IMG/VR virus record: IMGVR_UViG_3300004241_000009 | Span: 1 to 40,974 of that record | Length of the DNA: 40,974 nt | Reading direction: 5' to 3' (one strand) | Origin: a virus | Lineage: Duplodnaviria; Caudoviricetes | Shown: positions 26,621 through 34,622 of the stretch, in pieces | Layout: every line of letters starts with the position of its first letter | How positions within the stretch are numbered: the stretch's first letter is position 1 | The notes under the pieces: generated by a model | Told to the model about the DNA's origin: nothing | Seen by the model: only the letters and a program-made list of their open reading frames with translations | Databases searched by the model: none | Program-made: the position numbers and the translations under genes

Positions 26621-26716
26621 AAAAATCCCTTCTGTGTAGGCCCCCCAGCTCCGAAGAACTGAGGCACAGAAGGGGAAAGTTTTCTGAAAATCAAAACGGG
26701 CCTAATCGTCTTGATT
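26621..26716 (-). promoter_or_regulatory. Structured leader with terminator and kissing/pseudoknot complementarity
   Basis: Hairpin 26689-26716 carries UAGGCCC in its loop. The terminator-like hairpin 26627-26674 (UUCG loop, AUUUUU tail) carries the complementary GGGCCUA at its bulge. Confidence 0.6.
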
Positions 26717-26753
26717 GATGAGTGATTCTACCCTACCCGTTCACCTGGGCAGG

Positions 26754-26993
26754 TCAAGCAGCTTTATTCTCGGCTGCCGATTGTTTTAGATTCGCGGCTG
26801 CATAACGCCTGTAACGCTCGCCATACTTGATGCTCTCGATACGACGGCACTCAACGCAAGTAACGCGCCCGTCTGTCACCTTGTCCTGGCACTTGATGCA
26901 CCTTCCTGCGGCCTTGAGGCGGTCATACCACCTCTTGTAGCAGGCTTTATGGTTGGCGGCTTTCACTTCGGGATCAATTTTGGGTCTTGGCAT
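26754..26993 (-). CDS. Basic Zn-finger protein (paralogue 1)
   Basis: LKAAGRCIKC...TCVECR. Confidence 0.65.
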   Translation of the reverse strand: MPRPKIDPEVKAANHKACYKRWYDRLKAAGRCIKCQDKVTDGRVTCVECRRIESIKYGERYRRYAAANLKQSAAENKAA

Positions 26994-27171
26994 AATCTCG
27001 TTTCATCTTTCGAATTGCCCTGCACTCGTCGCAGGTCTGGCGGGTTGAACTACCGAGGAATGCTCGGCAGTTGAGACACTGGCGGGCGGCAATGCATCGC
27101 TGCCTCCAGAGTTTAAAGGTGACTGCAAGCCGCGCTTTCCTTGCGGCTGGATCTTGTTTAGGCGGTGCCAT
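26974..27171 (-). CDS. Basic Zn-finger protein (paralogue 2)
   Basis: CIAARQCLNC...TCDECR; ATCATCAC leader. Confidence 0.65.
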   Translation of the reverse strand: MAPPKQDPAARKARLAVTFKLWRQRCIAARQCLNCRAFLGSSTRQTCDECRAIRKMKRDYAKTQN

Positions 27172-27239
27172 AGTGGGTGATGATTAAGCCTCTCTCGGCA
27201 GCGTTTGAGTGCGGAGAGGCGGAGGGTGCGGAGTCGCAT

Positions 27240-27575
27240 TTACTGGTCAAGATGCTGTTGTAAGGCTTCCTCTAAACCGGGGGCAGAGGGAATGGAATGG
27301 TGATTCATCGCTGCTTCCCAGCCAGCGCGGAATGAGGTTTCCTTAGCGGCTTTGATGGAGCTTTCATGATCTGCCTCCTCTCGCATGGTCTGCAACTCTG
27401 ATAGCACGGCGTTAGTGAGAATGGCGTGCTTTGATTCTCGGGTTTCATCAAGCTTGTCAGCGTAGATTGACAGAGCTTGGCGCAAAGCTGCACGAGATTC
27501 GCGGTTGTCGATGTGCTCCGCGATGTCGTTTACAATGCGTTCAGCTTCGGCTATTTCTTCGGGTGTGTAGTTCAT
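27240..27575 (-). CDS. Hypothetical protein
   Basis: MNYTPEEIAEAE..., likely start 27575, coupled to the upstream stop. Confidence 0.6.
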   Translation of the reverse strand: MNYTPEEIAEAERIVNDIAEHIDNRESRAALRQALSIYADKLDETRESKHAILTNAVLSELQTMREEADHESSIKAAKETSFRAGWEAAMNHHSIPSAPGLEEALQQHLDQ

Positions 27576-28024
27576 CACAGAGGCGGGTTGAGTTTGGCGA
27601 GGGCATCGGTTGATTGTGAGGCCAGTTGGTCCCAGTTCCAACCGCCAAGAGGCGCGGGTTTTTGCAAGGCAAAGATTTTACCGAACAGGTCCAGCGCAGC
27701 CCGCACCTCGTCCATCGTCTCCTTTGAGTGGACTTCGACGGCGGAGAGGTCGGGGTGGGGAGCGAGGAGGTTGACGCAAGCAATAATGCGGTCTGTAAGG
27801 GTTGGAGTGATGTAATGAGCATCATGGATAACAATGTATCCAGTTTCATCAACAACGTCTTCAAGTCCTTTAAAAGCCCATTTTATCCACGGCTCTCCGT
27901 GCGCTGGCTGGGGTGGTGTGTCGGTGTTCATTGGTAAAGTGGGACGGGATAGTTTTGCTAAATCTTGTAGCCAAGAGGCGCGAGGCATTCTTTTTTCACG
28001 GTTCATGGGTTCTGTTCTTTCCAT
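27575..28024 (-). CDS. Hypothetical protein
   Basis: HGEPW...RIIACVN small phage module; the start may be ATG 27931. Confidence 0.6.
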   Translation of the reverse strand: MERTEPMNREKRMPRASWLQDLAKLSRPTLPMNTDTPPQPAHGEPWIKWAFKGLEDVVDETGYIVIHDAHYITPTLTDRIIACVNLLAPHPDLSAVEVHSKETMDEVRAALDLFGKIFALQKPAPLGGWNWDQLASQSTDALAKLNPPL

Positions 28025-28067
28025 TGTGCGGTGAGGGCGAGGAGTGATTCGGGGGTGTGGGGAGGGG

Positions 28068-28433
28068 TCATAATTCAGGGGTCCAGAGGTTGAGAGTTAG
28101 GCCGAATGCTTCAGCGCGCTGGGCTGCGGTGGCACAAACAGTGAACGTGTGTTCGCCTGCTTTAAAGCAAACCCCAATGAGGGTATCAAACCACCTCCGC
28201 GCCTGTTCATCCATGAAAGGAACGCCGATTCCTTTAACATGCTTCTCCATCTCATGACAGGCGTTAAGGTCGTTGAAGTAGTCAGGGGTGTTTGCCTCTA
28301 CCATGCCGTTCTGGTCACACTTCTCACACTCGTAAGTTCTCCACTCACCTTGACATTTTTGGCAAACTTGTCTTGTGGGTACCCCACATGCCTCTGCAAT
28401 CTTGATTCGTTTTTCTTCTTGTGTCAGTTTCAT
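28068..28433 (-). CDS. Hypothetical protein with Zn ribbon
   Basis: CQKC..CEKC, PDYFNDLNACHEMEK, ATAAQRAEAF. Confidence 0.7.
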   Translation of the reverse strand: MKLTQEEKRIKIAEACGVPTRQVCQKCQGEWRTYECEKCDQNGMVEANTPDYFNDLNACHEMEKHVKGIGVPFMDEQARRWFDTLIGVCFKAGEHTFTVCATAAQRAEAFGLTLNLWTPEL

Positions 28434-28570
28434 TTCTTCACTTTCTTCTTTCGAGGTTTCTTGTTCTCTTCGTTCCAGCGTTTCAGGTAGTTGTCACGTT
28501 GGGAGTTGTTGAGGCTGTAGTAGGTGTCGCGGGCGTGCTTGTCGCGGTCGAGGTGTTGGAAGAAGGTCAT
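28430..28570 (-). CDS. Small hypothetical protein (46 aa, not in the ORF track)
   Basis: MTFFQHLDRDKHARDTYYSLNNSQRDNYLKRWNEENKKPRKKKVKK*, with ATGA overlaps on both sides. Confidence 0.6.
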   Translation of the reverse strand: MTFFQHLDRDKHARDTYYSLNNSQRDNYLKRWNEENKKPRKKKVKK

Positions 28571-28887
28571 ACCTTTGGATTTTCTGCGCGGTAGAGGGTA
28601 AGGGCTTGGTCTGCTTTGCTGATTCGACGCTCAAGGCAGGTGCAAAACTTATTGCCTGCACGGTCACAGTCTAAAGTATCAACTTCGTGAGCTTCGAGTG
28701 TTTCTGCAATGTCTTTCAAAGCCTCCGCCAGCCGTTCAGCGTGGGCACGGAGGGCGGTGTTTTTACGCTCTTCGCTCTCAGCTATTTCAAGAGCCGCCTT
28801 GTAAAGGTAGCCGTAAGGCAAGTCGCCTTCCTGTGTTTTGAGTTTTTTAAGCTTTTGGGCTGCACTCACTTCTCCACCCCCTTCCAT
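28567..28887 (-). CDS. Hypothetical protein
   Basis: About 100 aa, coupled to its neighbours. Confidence 0.6.
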   Translation of the reverse strand: MEGGGEVSAAQKLKKLKTQEGDLPYGYLYKAALEIAESEERKNTALRAHAERLAEALKDIAETLEAHEVDTLDCDRAGNKFCTCLERRISKADQALTLYRAENPKV

Positions 28888-29750
28888 GCGCTGAGTGCTG
28901 CGGTGAGTTCAGGCGTGACTGCGACACCGTGCGCCTTGAGCAGGTCGGCTAGAGGGTCGGGCCAGCCGTGGAACTTGGGGACGGGCATCCAGGCGATTGC
29001 TTGCGTAGAAGTCAGCTTATGCCATAGCGAGATTCTCCAATAGTGGAAAGCTCTGCGCTCATCTATGGTGATAACGTAGCCGTCTTTATCCGCATCCTCC
29101 TCAGTCGGCACCTCAGACATGCGACGCCAGGGGGAAGTGGACTTACCGCAAGAGTTAGCCACAATCTCCAGCATCTTTTGCTTTGTCTCTAGGAGATCGG
29201 AGATGAATTTCACTTCCTCTTCAAGCTCTGCAATGCGGGCGTCTTTGGCAGCAATGATCTCACGAGCCTGTGCTGGCGAGTCAATAAAACCCGTGGCGAC
29301 GTAGGCTTTCACATCCTCGTCCCATACTTCGCCCTTACGCTCCCAATCAGGCCAGGGCACGGTGGCGGGGAGGCGGAGAGTTTCGCTGGATGTCATCTTA
29401 GACATTCCGCCGCTGTAATAAAACCAGCGTCGGTTAGCCCGTGACCAATACATGGCGCCTGCGACAAACAGGCCTGTGCATTCAGACACAATCACCGCCC
29501 GATACTTCCCGCCCTCGCAGATTTGTTCCTCAGTGAGGTTGTCCGGGTTGTGGATCTCGGATTGCAGGTGAGAGGGGAGGCCGCAGCGGAGGACGGGGCG
29601 GGTGATGAAGCCGCTATTAACAAGCCATACGCTCGTTTCGTGCTCCATGATTGGTTTCCTCCAATGATGGAAATCTAACAGTGATAGCTCAAATGCCGCC
29701 CCTGTCCGCTCAAGGTAGGCGGCGAGCTTGTGTTGATCTTCGTAGAACAT
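28866..29750 (-). CDS. Hypothetical protein with a DUF551-like C-terminal segment
   Basis: PWRRMSEVP...AIAWMPVP; the ATCATCACACT leader points to ATG 29750. Confidence 0.65.
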   Translation of the reverse strand: MFYEDQHKLAAYLERTGAAFELSLLDFHHWRKPIMEHETSVWLVNSGFITRPVLRCGLPSHLQSEIHNPDNLTEEQICEGGKYRAVIVSECTGLFVAGAMYWSRANRRWFYYSGGMSKMTSSETLRLPATVPWPDWERKGEVWDEDVKAYVATGFIDSPAQAREIIAAKDARIAELEEEVKFISDLLETKQKMLEIVANSCGKSTSPWRRMSEVPTEEDADKDGYVITIDERRAFHYWRISLWHKLTSTQAIAWMPVPKFHGWPDPLADLLKAHGVAVTPELTAALSAWKGVEK

Positions 29751-29761
29751 AGTGTGATGAT

Positions 29762-30073
29762 TTAAGGGGTTGGTTTCCATCCGATTTCTTGCAGAAATGC
29801 GGAGACTTTAGCCTCCACTTCGACGGCATCAGGATCGCCGTTCATGTCGGTCATGAAGAGGAGGCCCAGCAACTCAATAGCGCGGCCCTCTTTGGATGCG
29901 GCGTAACGGGCTTCGCTCCAGCCGGATCGCCAATCTGAGACAGATTCTCCAACGTTGTCTCCCCATTGAAAAAATGCGGCTTTAAAAGCAGGATCGCCTA
30001 GCGGTCGGCAAGGCGCGTCAGGATTCGCCGTGAAATAATCGCGGCCCATTTGTTTGATTTTTTCGGTGTCCAT
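29762..30073 (-). CDS. Hypothetical protein
   Basis: 103 aa with an ATCATCACT leader. Confidence 0.65.
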   Translation of the reverse strand: MDTEKIKQMGRDYFTANPDAPCRPLGDPAFKAAFFQWGDNVGESVSDWRSGWSEARYAASKEGRAIELLGLLFMTDMNGDPDAVEVEAKVSAFLQEIGWKPTP

Positions 30074-30120
30074 AGTGATGATTTAAGTTGCCCGCGTGAA
30101 GGATGTGCGGCCCCCGTGGG

Positions 30121-30393
30121 TTAAAATTTGTCAGACATGAATTTCATGCCGCCAATAAACTGGCAAATCTCCGAGTAATATTTTTCGCAGCATTCACTAA
30201 AGCCGTCATCTGTCATGAGTTGCGGGTCGCATCCAACACCTCTAAGTGCAGCCGCCAAAACCAATCTCCCTTCGTCGCTTAATAAAAGAAGCTGGAACGC
30301 TTGCTTTTCTTTAGCGTATTCAGCCTCAGCTAAAATTCTAGCACGAGAATTTGCAGCGCCGACTGCAATGCAGCCTGATTTTGTGTGATTCAT
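30121..30393 (-). CDS. Hypothetical protein
   Basis: 90 aa with its own promoter and an ATCATCAC leader. Confidence 0.6.
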   Translation of the reverse strand: MNHTKSGCIAVGAANSRARILAEAEYAKEKQAFQLLLLSDEGRLVLAAALRGVGCDPQLMTDDGFSECCEKYYSEICQFIGGMKFMSDKF

Positions 30394-30419
30394 AATGTGA
30401 TGATGCCTGTTGGCCCCTT

Positions 30420-30447
30420 ATTCTGCATCCTCCCGTCAAACCGTCAA
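30420..30447 (-). promoter_or_regulatory. Promoter with tandem ACGG repeat (class A)
   Basis: TTGACG-GTTT-GACGGG...CAGAAT, 16-nt spacer. Confidence 0.55.
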
Positions 30448-30456
30448 GATGTTTTA

Positions 30457-30840
30457 TTAATATTCTTTTCTCTGCCATCCGTCAGGAGTTTTGAACACTG
30501 CAAACACTCGGAACGGGTAGCGTTCAGCGACGATCTTCATTTTCATGTTCGCGTCTTCTTCGATCCAAGGCGCATGGACTTTTTTGCCACTAGTTAGTGT
30601 TTTTTTTGTCGTTCCTTTTACGTCGTGAAGTTCAACCACTCCATCACCTGCATAAATGATGAAGTCACAAATGAACCAAGTGTTGTCTGCCAGTTTAAGC
30701 TTGATGCCTTCAAACTCGTAACCGTCAATCTCTCCGGCTTGTTTCAGTAGCTCCAAATGAGCTTCATAAGCGGCCTCGGTCTTGTTGCGCTCGCCCGGTG
30801 CGCGGCGTTTGTATTTGGCAAATCTGTTGTGTTTAGGCAT
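30457..30840 (-). CDS. PD-(D/E)xK endonuclease (DUF1064-like)
   Basis: NKTEAAY..HL, FEGIKLKLA, CDF...HDVKG and DANMKMK motifs. Confidence 0.75.
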   Translation of the reverse strand: MPKHNRFAKYKRRAPGERNKTEAAYEAHLELLKQAGEIDGYEFEGIKLKLADNTWFICDFIIYAGDGVVELHDVKGTTKKTLTSGKKVHAPWIEEDANMKMKIVAERYPFRVFAVFKTPDGWQRKEY

Positions 30841-30864
30841 GGGTATTGTGTGTTCCGTTGATAT

Positions 30865-30895
30865 AAAAAGCAGCCGCCCGGTTAAAGGCGGCTGC
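30865..30895 (-). terminator. Rho-independent terminator after the SSB gene
   Basis: GCAGCCGCC/GGCGGCTGC 9-bp stem followed by TTTTT. Confidence 0.8.
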
Positions 30896-30909
30896 GTGAT
30901 GAGGTTAGA

Positions 30910-31368
30910 TCAAAAAGGAATTTGGCTATCGTCGTCATCCTCGGCGGTAGATTTACCACTCGGCATCTGATCCGACTCAGGCCCCGCGCCATAGTCCTTA
31001 ACGACGTTCTTAGGCCCGTAGTTGCCTTTGGCCTTCTCAATGTCTAGCTGCACCTTGCCGGACGCTTTGAAGCAGTCCTCAGCGCAAAGGGAGCCGTCGT
31101 CATACTTGGCGAGGAGTCCGGTTGTCTCACAGAAGTGACGGAGCTTGAAAGCCATCATTTCGAGAAGCCAGTCCTTTACGAATGGGGTTGAGCCATCAGG
31201 CGCAAAGACACGAATCTCAATAGCAATCATGTCATTGCCTTTAGAGGAAATCTTATCCTCTGCACGAAAGACTTCAAAATCATACGTGCCCTTTGGAAGC
31301 AAAGCCTCTTCAAGGCGTTTCTTCTCTTCTTCTTCGAGCTGCTGGCGGGTCTTGGGTTCAAATCTCAT
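30910..31368 (-). CDS. Phage single-stranded DNA-binding protein (DUF669-like)
   Basis: LLPKGTYDFEV...SSKGNDMI, acidic tail DDDDSQIPF; follows the Sak4-like ATPase. Confidence 0.8.
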   Translation of the reverse strand: MRFEPKTRQQLEEEEKKRLEEALLPKGTYDFEVFRAEDKISSKGNDMIAIEIRVFAPDGSTPFVKDWLLEMMAFKLRHFCETTGLLAKYDDGSLCAEDCFKASGKVQLDIEKAKGNYGPKNVVKDYGAGPESDQMPSGKSTAEDDDDSQIPF

Positions 31369-31395
31369 ATTCGTAGTGTTGTCTGTTTGGGTTGG

Positions 31396-32280
31396 TTATT
31401 TGCTGCCTGTCACAAGTTTGTTAAGATGGGTAATGATGCCCTCTGCTTGGTCGGTGTTAAACTCGCTGAACGAGTCCGCACCCGCCTTCTTTTTCCATTT
31501 TTCAAGGGTGGCTTCGTCCACTTTTACAATGCCAAGCAGGCGTTCAATCTCTGCCACTTGCTCAGGCGTGGCAAGCACGATGGGCGCGGGTTCGGCTTCG
31601 ATGAAGTCTTTACCGTAGCGGCTGGCAAACTCCTTGTATTCCAGCGGGAACTGCTCACGATCTGGGAAGCCTTTCAGCCGGGATTTAGTCACCACGGCAA
31701 CGCGGGAGTTTCCACGCTTCACGGCCTGCAAGGTGAGGTCTAGCTCATAGATGAGCTTGTCCCAGCAATCAGCCACCCGGCCAATCTCTGTGCGTGTCCC
31801 TTTGCCATCTACGCCCCACTCTGCCATGTCGTGAGCAAGGAAGATGACGTTCATATCCAGGCGCATGATCCAGTTGATGAGACGGCGCATGTTCGCCACG
31901 GCTGGCTTTTTGCTGGCTCCAAAAGCGTCTTTGTCTCCCAGCTTCTCAGCCTCAGCGGCGATACAGCTTTGATAGACCTTCGTGATGGAGTCAATGACGA
32001 CGGTTTTGTAGCCGTGTTTTTCTGTGGCGAGTGCCTGAATCTGCTCGATGAGGAACGAGAAATCCAACGCCCCATCTTCCACGCCCAGATACATGCCGTT
32101 GCCCGCCGCCAGCTTCTCCTGGTAGTGTTTGAGCTTTGCGCCCCCTTCACAGTCAATGTAGTAAAGGTTAGGGAAGTCCAGTGCGAGCCAGGTTTTGCCC
32201 ACGCCAGACGCGCCAAAGATCATGACTTTTGCGTGGCCGGGGGAAGTGAGTTCGGGTGATTTTGCTTTGAGTTTTGACAT
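31396..32280 (-). CDS. Sak4-like (AAA_24) recombination ATPase
   Basis: IFGASGVGKT, YIDCEGG, YKTVVIDSIT and MNVIFLAH motifs; paired with the SSB gene. Confidence 0.85.
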   Translation of the reverse strand: MSKLKAKSPELTSPGHAKVMIFGASGVGKTWLALDFPNLYYIDCEGGAKLKHYQEKLAAGNGMYLGVEDGALDFSFLIEQIQALATEKHGYKTVVIDSITKVYQSCIAAEAEKLGDKDAFGASKKPAVANMRRLINWIMRLDMNVIFLAHDMAEWGVDGKGTRTEIGRVADCWDKLIYELDLTLQAVKRGNSRVAVVTKSRLKGFPDREQFPLEYKEFASRYGKDFIEAEPAPIVLATPEQVAEIERLLGIVKVDEATLEKWKKKAGADSFSEFNTDQAEGIITHLNKLVTGSK

Positions 32281-32292
32281 AATGAGTGATGA

Positions 32293-32526
32293 CTAGCGGT
32301 TAGGGATGACGGTTGCTGTTTTGGCTTCGGTGTCGAACTCGACTTCGAGATATTCACCGTGGCGAATCCAGTTTTCCAAAGCTACGTAAATTTTTTCTGT
32401 GCGTTGTTGCTCCAGTGAATCTGCTTCATCTTCTGGAATATCAAGAGCGGCAATGTCTGCGGCGGCTTTATCCATAACGGCGTCAGACACGCCGTCAGGA
32501 TCTTTGAATGTGATCTGGATTTTCAT
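32293..32526 (-). CDS. Hypothetical protein
   Basis: MKIQITFKDPDGV...GEYLEVEFDTEAKTATV; likely start 32526. Confidence 0.7.
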   Translation of the reverse strand: MKIQITFKDPDGVSDAVMDKAAADIAALDIPEDEADSLEQQRTEKIYVALENWIRHGEYLEVEFDTEAKTATVIPNR

Positions 32527-32530
32527 GGGA

Positions 32531-32902
32531 TTAGCGGTTGAGTGTTTCAGCTTTTTCTTTTTCCACGGCGTATGTGACGGCTGACAAAAGCAGAGCAAGG
32601 TTTCCAGACGGGAAATGCTTTTTGATGTGCTCTACAACGCCATAACAAAGTGCAGTTGCGCTGCTGCTCCAGTCGGCTGACTCCTGAATTCTGTTCAGGT
32701 AAAACTTGGTGTAAAATTCTCGAAGTGTGCGGGCCTTGGCATGAGTGAAAGCTTTGTAAAGGTCGTCGAAATCAGCCTCCGTTTGTGCTGTTTTCACGAT
32801 CTCGAATTCTTGCCCCTCCAGGTTTAAAAGGAACTGGATTTCCTCGCCAACTTTTGCGGTGGCAAGGAACTCTTCTTTTGTTGGGTCGTGTAGGGTGATC
32901 AT
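32531..32902 (-). CDS. Hypothetical protein
   Basis: MITLHDPTKEEF..., ATGA-coupled start at 32902. Confidence 0.6.
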   Translation of the reverse strand: MITLHDPTKEEFLATAKVGEEIQFLLNLEGQEFEIVKTAQTEADFDDLYKAFTHAKARTLREFYTKFYLNRIQESADWSSSATALCYGVVEHIKKHFPSGNLALLLSAVTYAVEKEKAETLNR

Positions 32903-33111
32903 GGTTTGATGCGTGTGAAGTAAATGTTGAACAAGGCAAGCCCGACCATCGCCAGGACAAAAGCGGCCCAAGGGAGCCATCCGTATTTAGCTTGTGTGCG
33001 CTGAGGTTGGTAGCTGCACTTGGCTTGCGCGGCTTCGTTTAAAGACTGCTGGTGGTCGTTAAACCGCAAGTAGAACGACATACGGTTGTCTGTGGTGGAT
33101 GCTCTTTTCAT
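32899..33111 (-). CDS. Small membrane protein
   Basis: C-terminal hydrophobic helix WLPWAAFVLAMVGLALFNIYF. Confidence 0.6.
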   Translation of the reverse strand: MKRASTTDNRMSFYLRFNDHQQSLNEAAQAKCSYQPQRTQAKYGWLPWAAFVLAMVGLALFNIYFTRIKP

Positions 33112-33197
33112 GCGTTGTGGATAGCTAAGGCTAGGAATACAAGGTGGACTGCCGCAAGGGCGAGGAACAGGACGAGGAATTGGCGGAGGTTGGTCAT
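33108..33197 (-). CDS. 29-aa hydrophobic peptide (not in the ORF track)
   Basis: MTNLRQFLVLFLALAAVHLVFLALAIHNA*, with ATGA overlaps to both neighbours. Confidence 0.55.
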   Translation of the reverse strand: MTNLRQFLVLFLALAAVHLVFLALAIHNA

Positions 33198-33388
33198 GGT
33201 TTTTTTGTTTCAGCTAGCATTTCCGCATCAATGGCCGCTCGGTCAAGAATCACATCATCCTCTTCCAACGGGTCCGCATCAGCCGGATTAGTCCACCGAA
33301 AATCAGCCAGCCCATTTGTGCCAAACTGAGCGACACGTTCAAGGAGCCAGTTCAAGCGGTCTGTATCTGTGGGAGTAGCACTCATCAC
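33194..33388 (-). CDS. Hypothetical protein
   Basis: TDTDRLNWL...RAAIDA small phage module. Confidence 0.65.
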   Translation of the reverse strand: MMSATPTDTDRLNWLLERVAQFGTNGLADFRWTNPADADPLEEDDVILDRAAIDAEMLAETKKP

Positions 33389-33615
33389 TTCTTCCCTCCC
33401 TTCTTAGCCGGGTGAACGGCGGTTGTTTTCTTGGTGGCCATGACGTGCGCAAGGCGTTGATTGTTGGCGACGTGCTTCTCTTTGAACTGCCTCACGGCGT
33501 CGTTAAAGATGTCGTTTTGCGTCACGCCTTCGATGATGGCTTGATGCCGCATCCAGTCGTGAAGCTCTGGATCAATGTAGTATGTGCTTTTGTGTAGGTC
33601 TTTGCAGAGTGCCAT
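33385..33615 (-). CDS. Ribbon-helix-helix (Arc/CopG-like) regulator
   Basis: KSTYYID-PELHDWMRHQAIIEG-VTQNDIFNDAVRQF fits the RHH strand-helix-helix pattern. Confidence 0.7.
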   Translation of the reverse strand: MALCKDLHKSTYYIDPELHDWMRHQAIIEGVTQNDIFNDAVRQFKEKHVANNQRLAHVMATKKTTAVHPAKKGGKK

Positions 33616-33627
33616 AGTGGTGTGGTG

Positions 33628-33933
33628 TTACGGGTTGACATTGATTTTGTGGGCGCGGGTGTCGCGGATGATTTCTTGATCCTCAGTCATGATGAACTGA
33701 GATTCGCGAATAGCTTCTTCAAGCGAGGAGTTGAGGCGGCAAAGCAAAATATCCATGCCGCCAGAGATGGTGATCCATCCAGACTTAGAGCGCACAAGGT
33801 CGCTAAAAACCTCAGCGCGGCGAATCTCCACAATCTCTTCGTCCACATCCGGCGTCACCTCGTAAACGATGCGGAGGGAGTCGCCAAAGTAGGCGAAGCG
33901 GATCTGGTTGGGCGGGGCGTCTTCTTTGTTCAT
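33628..33933 (-). CDS. Hypothetical protein
   Basis: 101 aa in the minus-strand gene run. Confidence 0.55.
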   Translation of the reverse strand: MNKEDAPPNQIRFAYFGDSLRIVYEVTPDVDEEIVEIRRAEVFSDLVRSKSGWITISGGMDILLCRLNSSLEEAIRESQFIMTEDQEIIRDTRAHKINVNP

Positions 33934-33938
33934 GGTGG

Positions 33939-34175
33939 TTAGTCGTTTTTAAGGGTTAAGATATTGGTAAACGACTTCCAAAAGTCTGGATTATTTGCAC
34001 TTACCCAGGAGGTGAGGAAATGGCCAGGATTGTTTGAGCTAGATCCTTTATAAAGGCAGGTGCCTGTGCTTGAGGCTGTGAAAATAACAATGCAGCCGGT
34101 GCCGACATGCTCCATCAAACAAGGGAATTTAATTTCGGGCGGCGTGGGCGATGTATCTGTGATGATTGAAGTCAT
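33939..34175 (-). CDS. Hypothetical protein
   Basis: 78 aa with a CATCATCATT leader, downstream of the promoter at 34212-34239. Confidence 0.6.
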   Translation of the reverse strand: MTSIITDTSPTPPEIKFPCLMEHVGTGCIVIFTASSTGTCLYKGSSSNNPGHFLTSWVSANNPDFWKSFTNILTLKND

Positions 34176-34211
34176 AATGATGATGTGTTGATTTTGCCCT
34201 GTGGCGAGTCC

Positions 34212-34239
34212 ACATTACCCGCGCCCGTTCTCCCGTCAA
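34212..34239 (-). promoter_or_regulatory. Promoter with tandem ACGG repeat (class A)
   Basis: TTGACG-GGAG-AACGGG...TAATGT, 16-nt spacer. Confidence 0.55.
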
Positions 34240-34403
34240 ACCATTTTAATTCTTTTTTATGCCATACGGTTTCCCACAAGCGACAGTGACCACTAGACAA
34301 GCAAAAGCCCTCTCGGAAGACGGTCGCGAGACGCATCTGCCGGAGGGCTGTCACCTTGAGATTCTACACCTAGGGGCCGATCAAGACGGCTGCGACGGGC
34401 ATC

Positions 34404-34622
34404 TCATTTGTCGGGATCTTGCGGGCAAGATGTGGGCTGTGATGCCGGGAGATTTGCGGGTGTAGGCGGAGTGACAGGAAGCCCGAACATCGCCTTAAAC
34501 CTGTCGGCAGGGTGCATCTGCTCCAGCCTCTTGCGGCTTTCTACGCGGGCGGGGTCGAGTTTGAGGGTGGACACTTTGTCAGAAATATCACCCTGTTTTT
34601 CTGACAAGCTTGGAGCACTCAC
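34404..34622 (-). CDS. Hypothetical protein
   Basis: GTGA overlap with the MazG stop gives MSAPSLSEKQ...QDPDK (72 aa). Confidence 0.45.
   Translation of the reverse strand: MSAPSLSEKQGDISDKVSTLKLDPARVESRKRLEQMHPADRFKAMFGLPVTPPTPANLPASQPTSCPQDPDK

Noticed and set aside
30088-30120. GGGGGCCGCACATCCTTCACGCGGGC small hairpin or pseudoknot in an intergenic gap
   Set aside because: It has only a 4-bp stem and one loose look-alike near 34372-34400, which is too little to support without homologues.
34172-34354. 60-aa ORF upstream of 33939-34175
   Set aside because: It overlaps a class A promoter and has no recognisable features, so it may be spurious.
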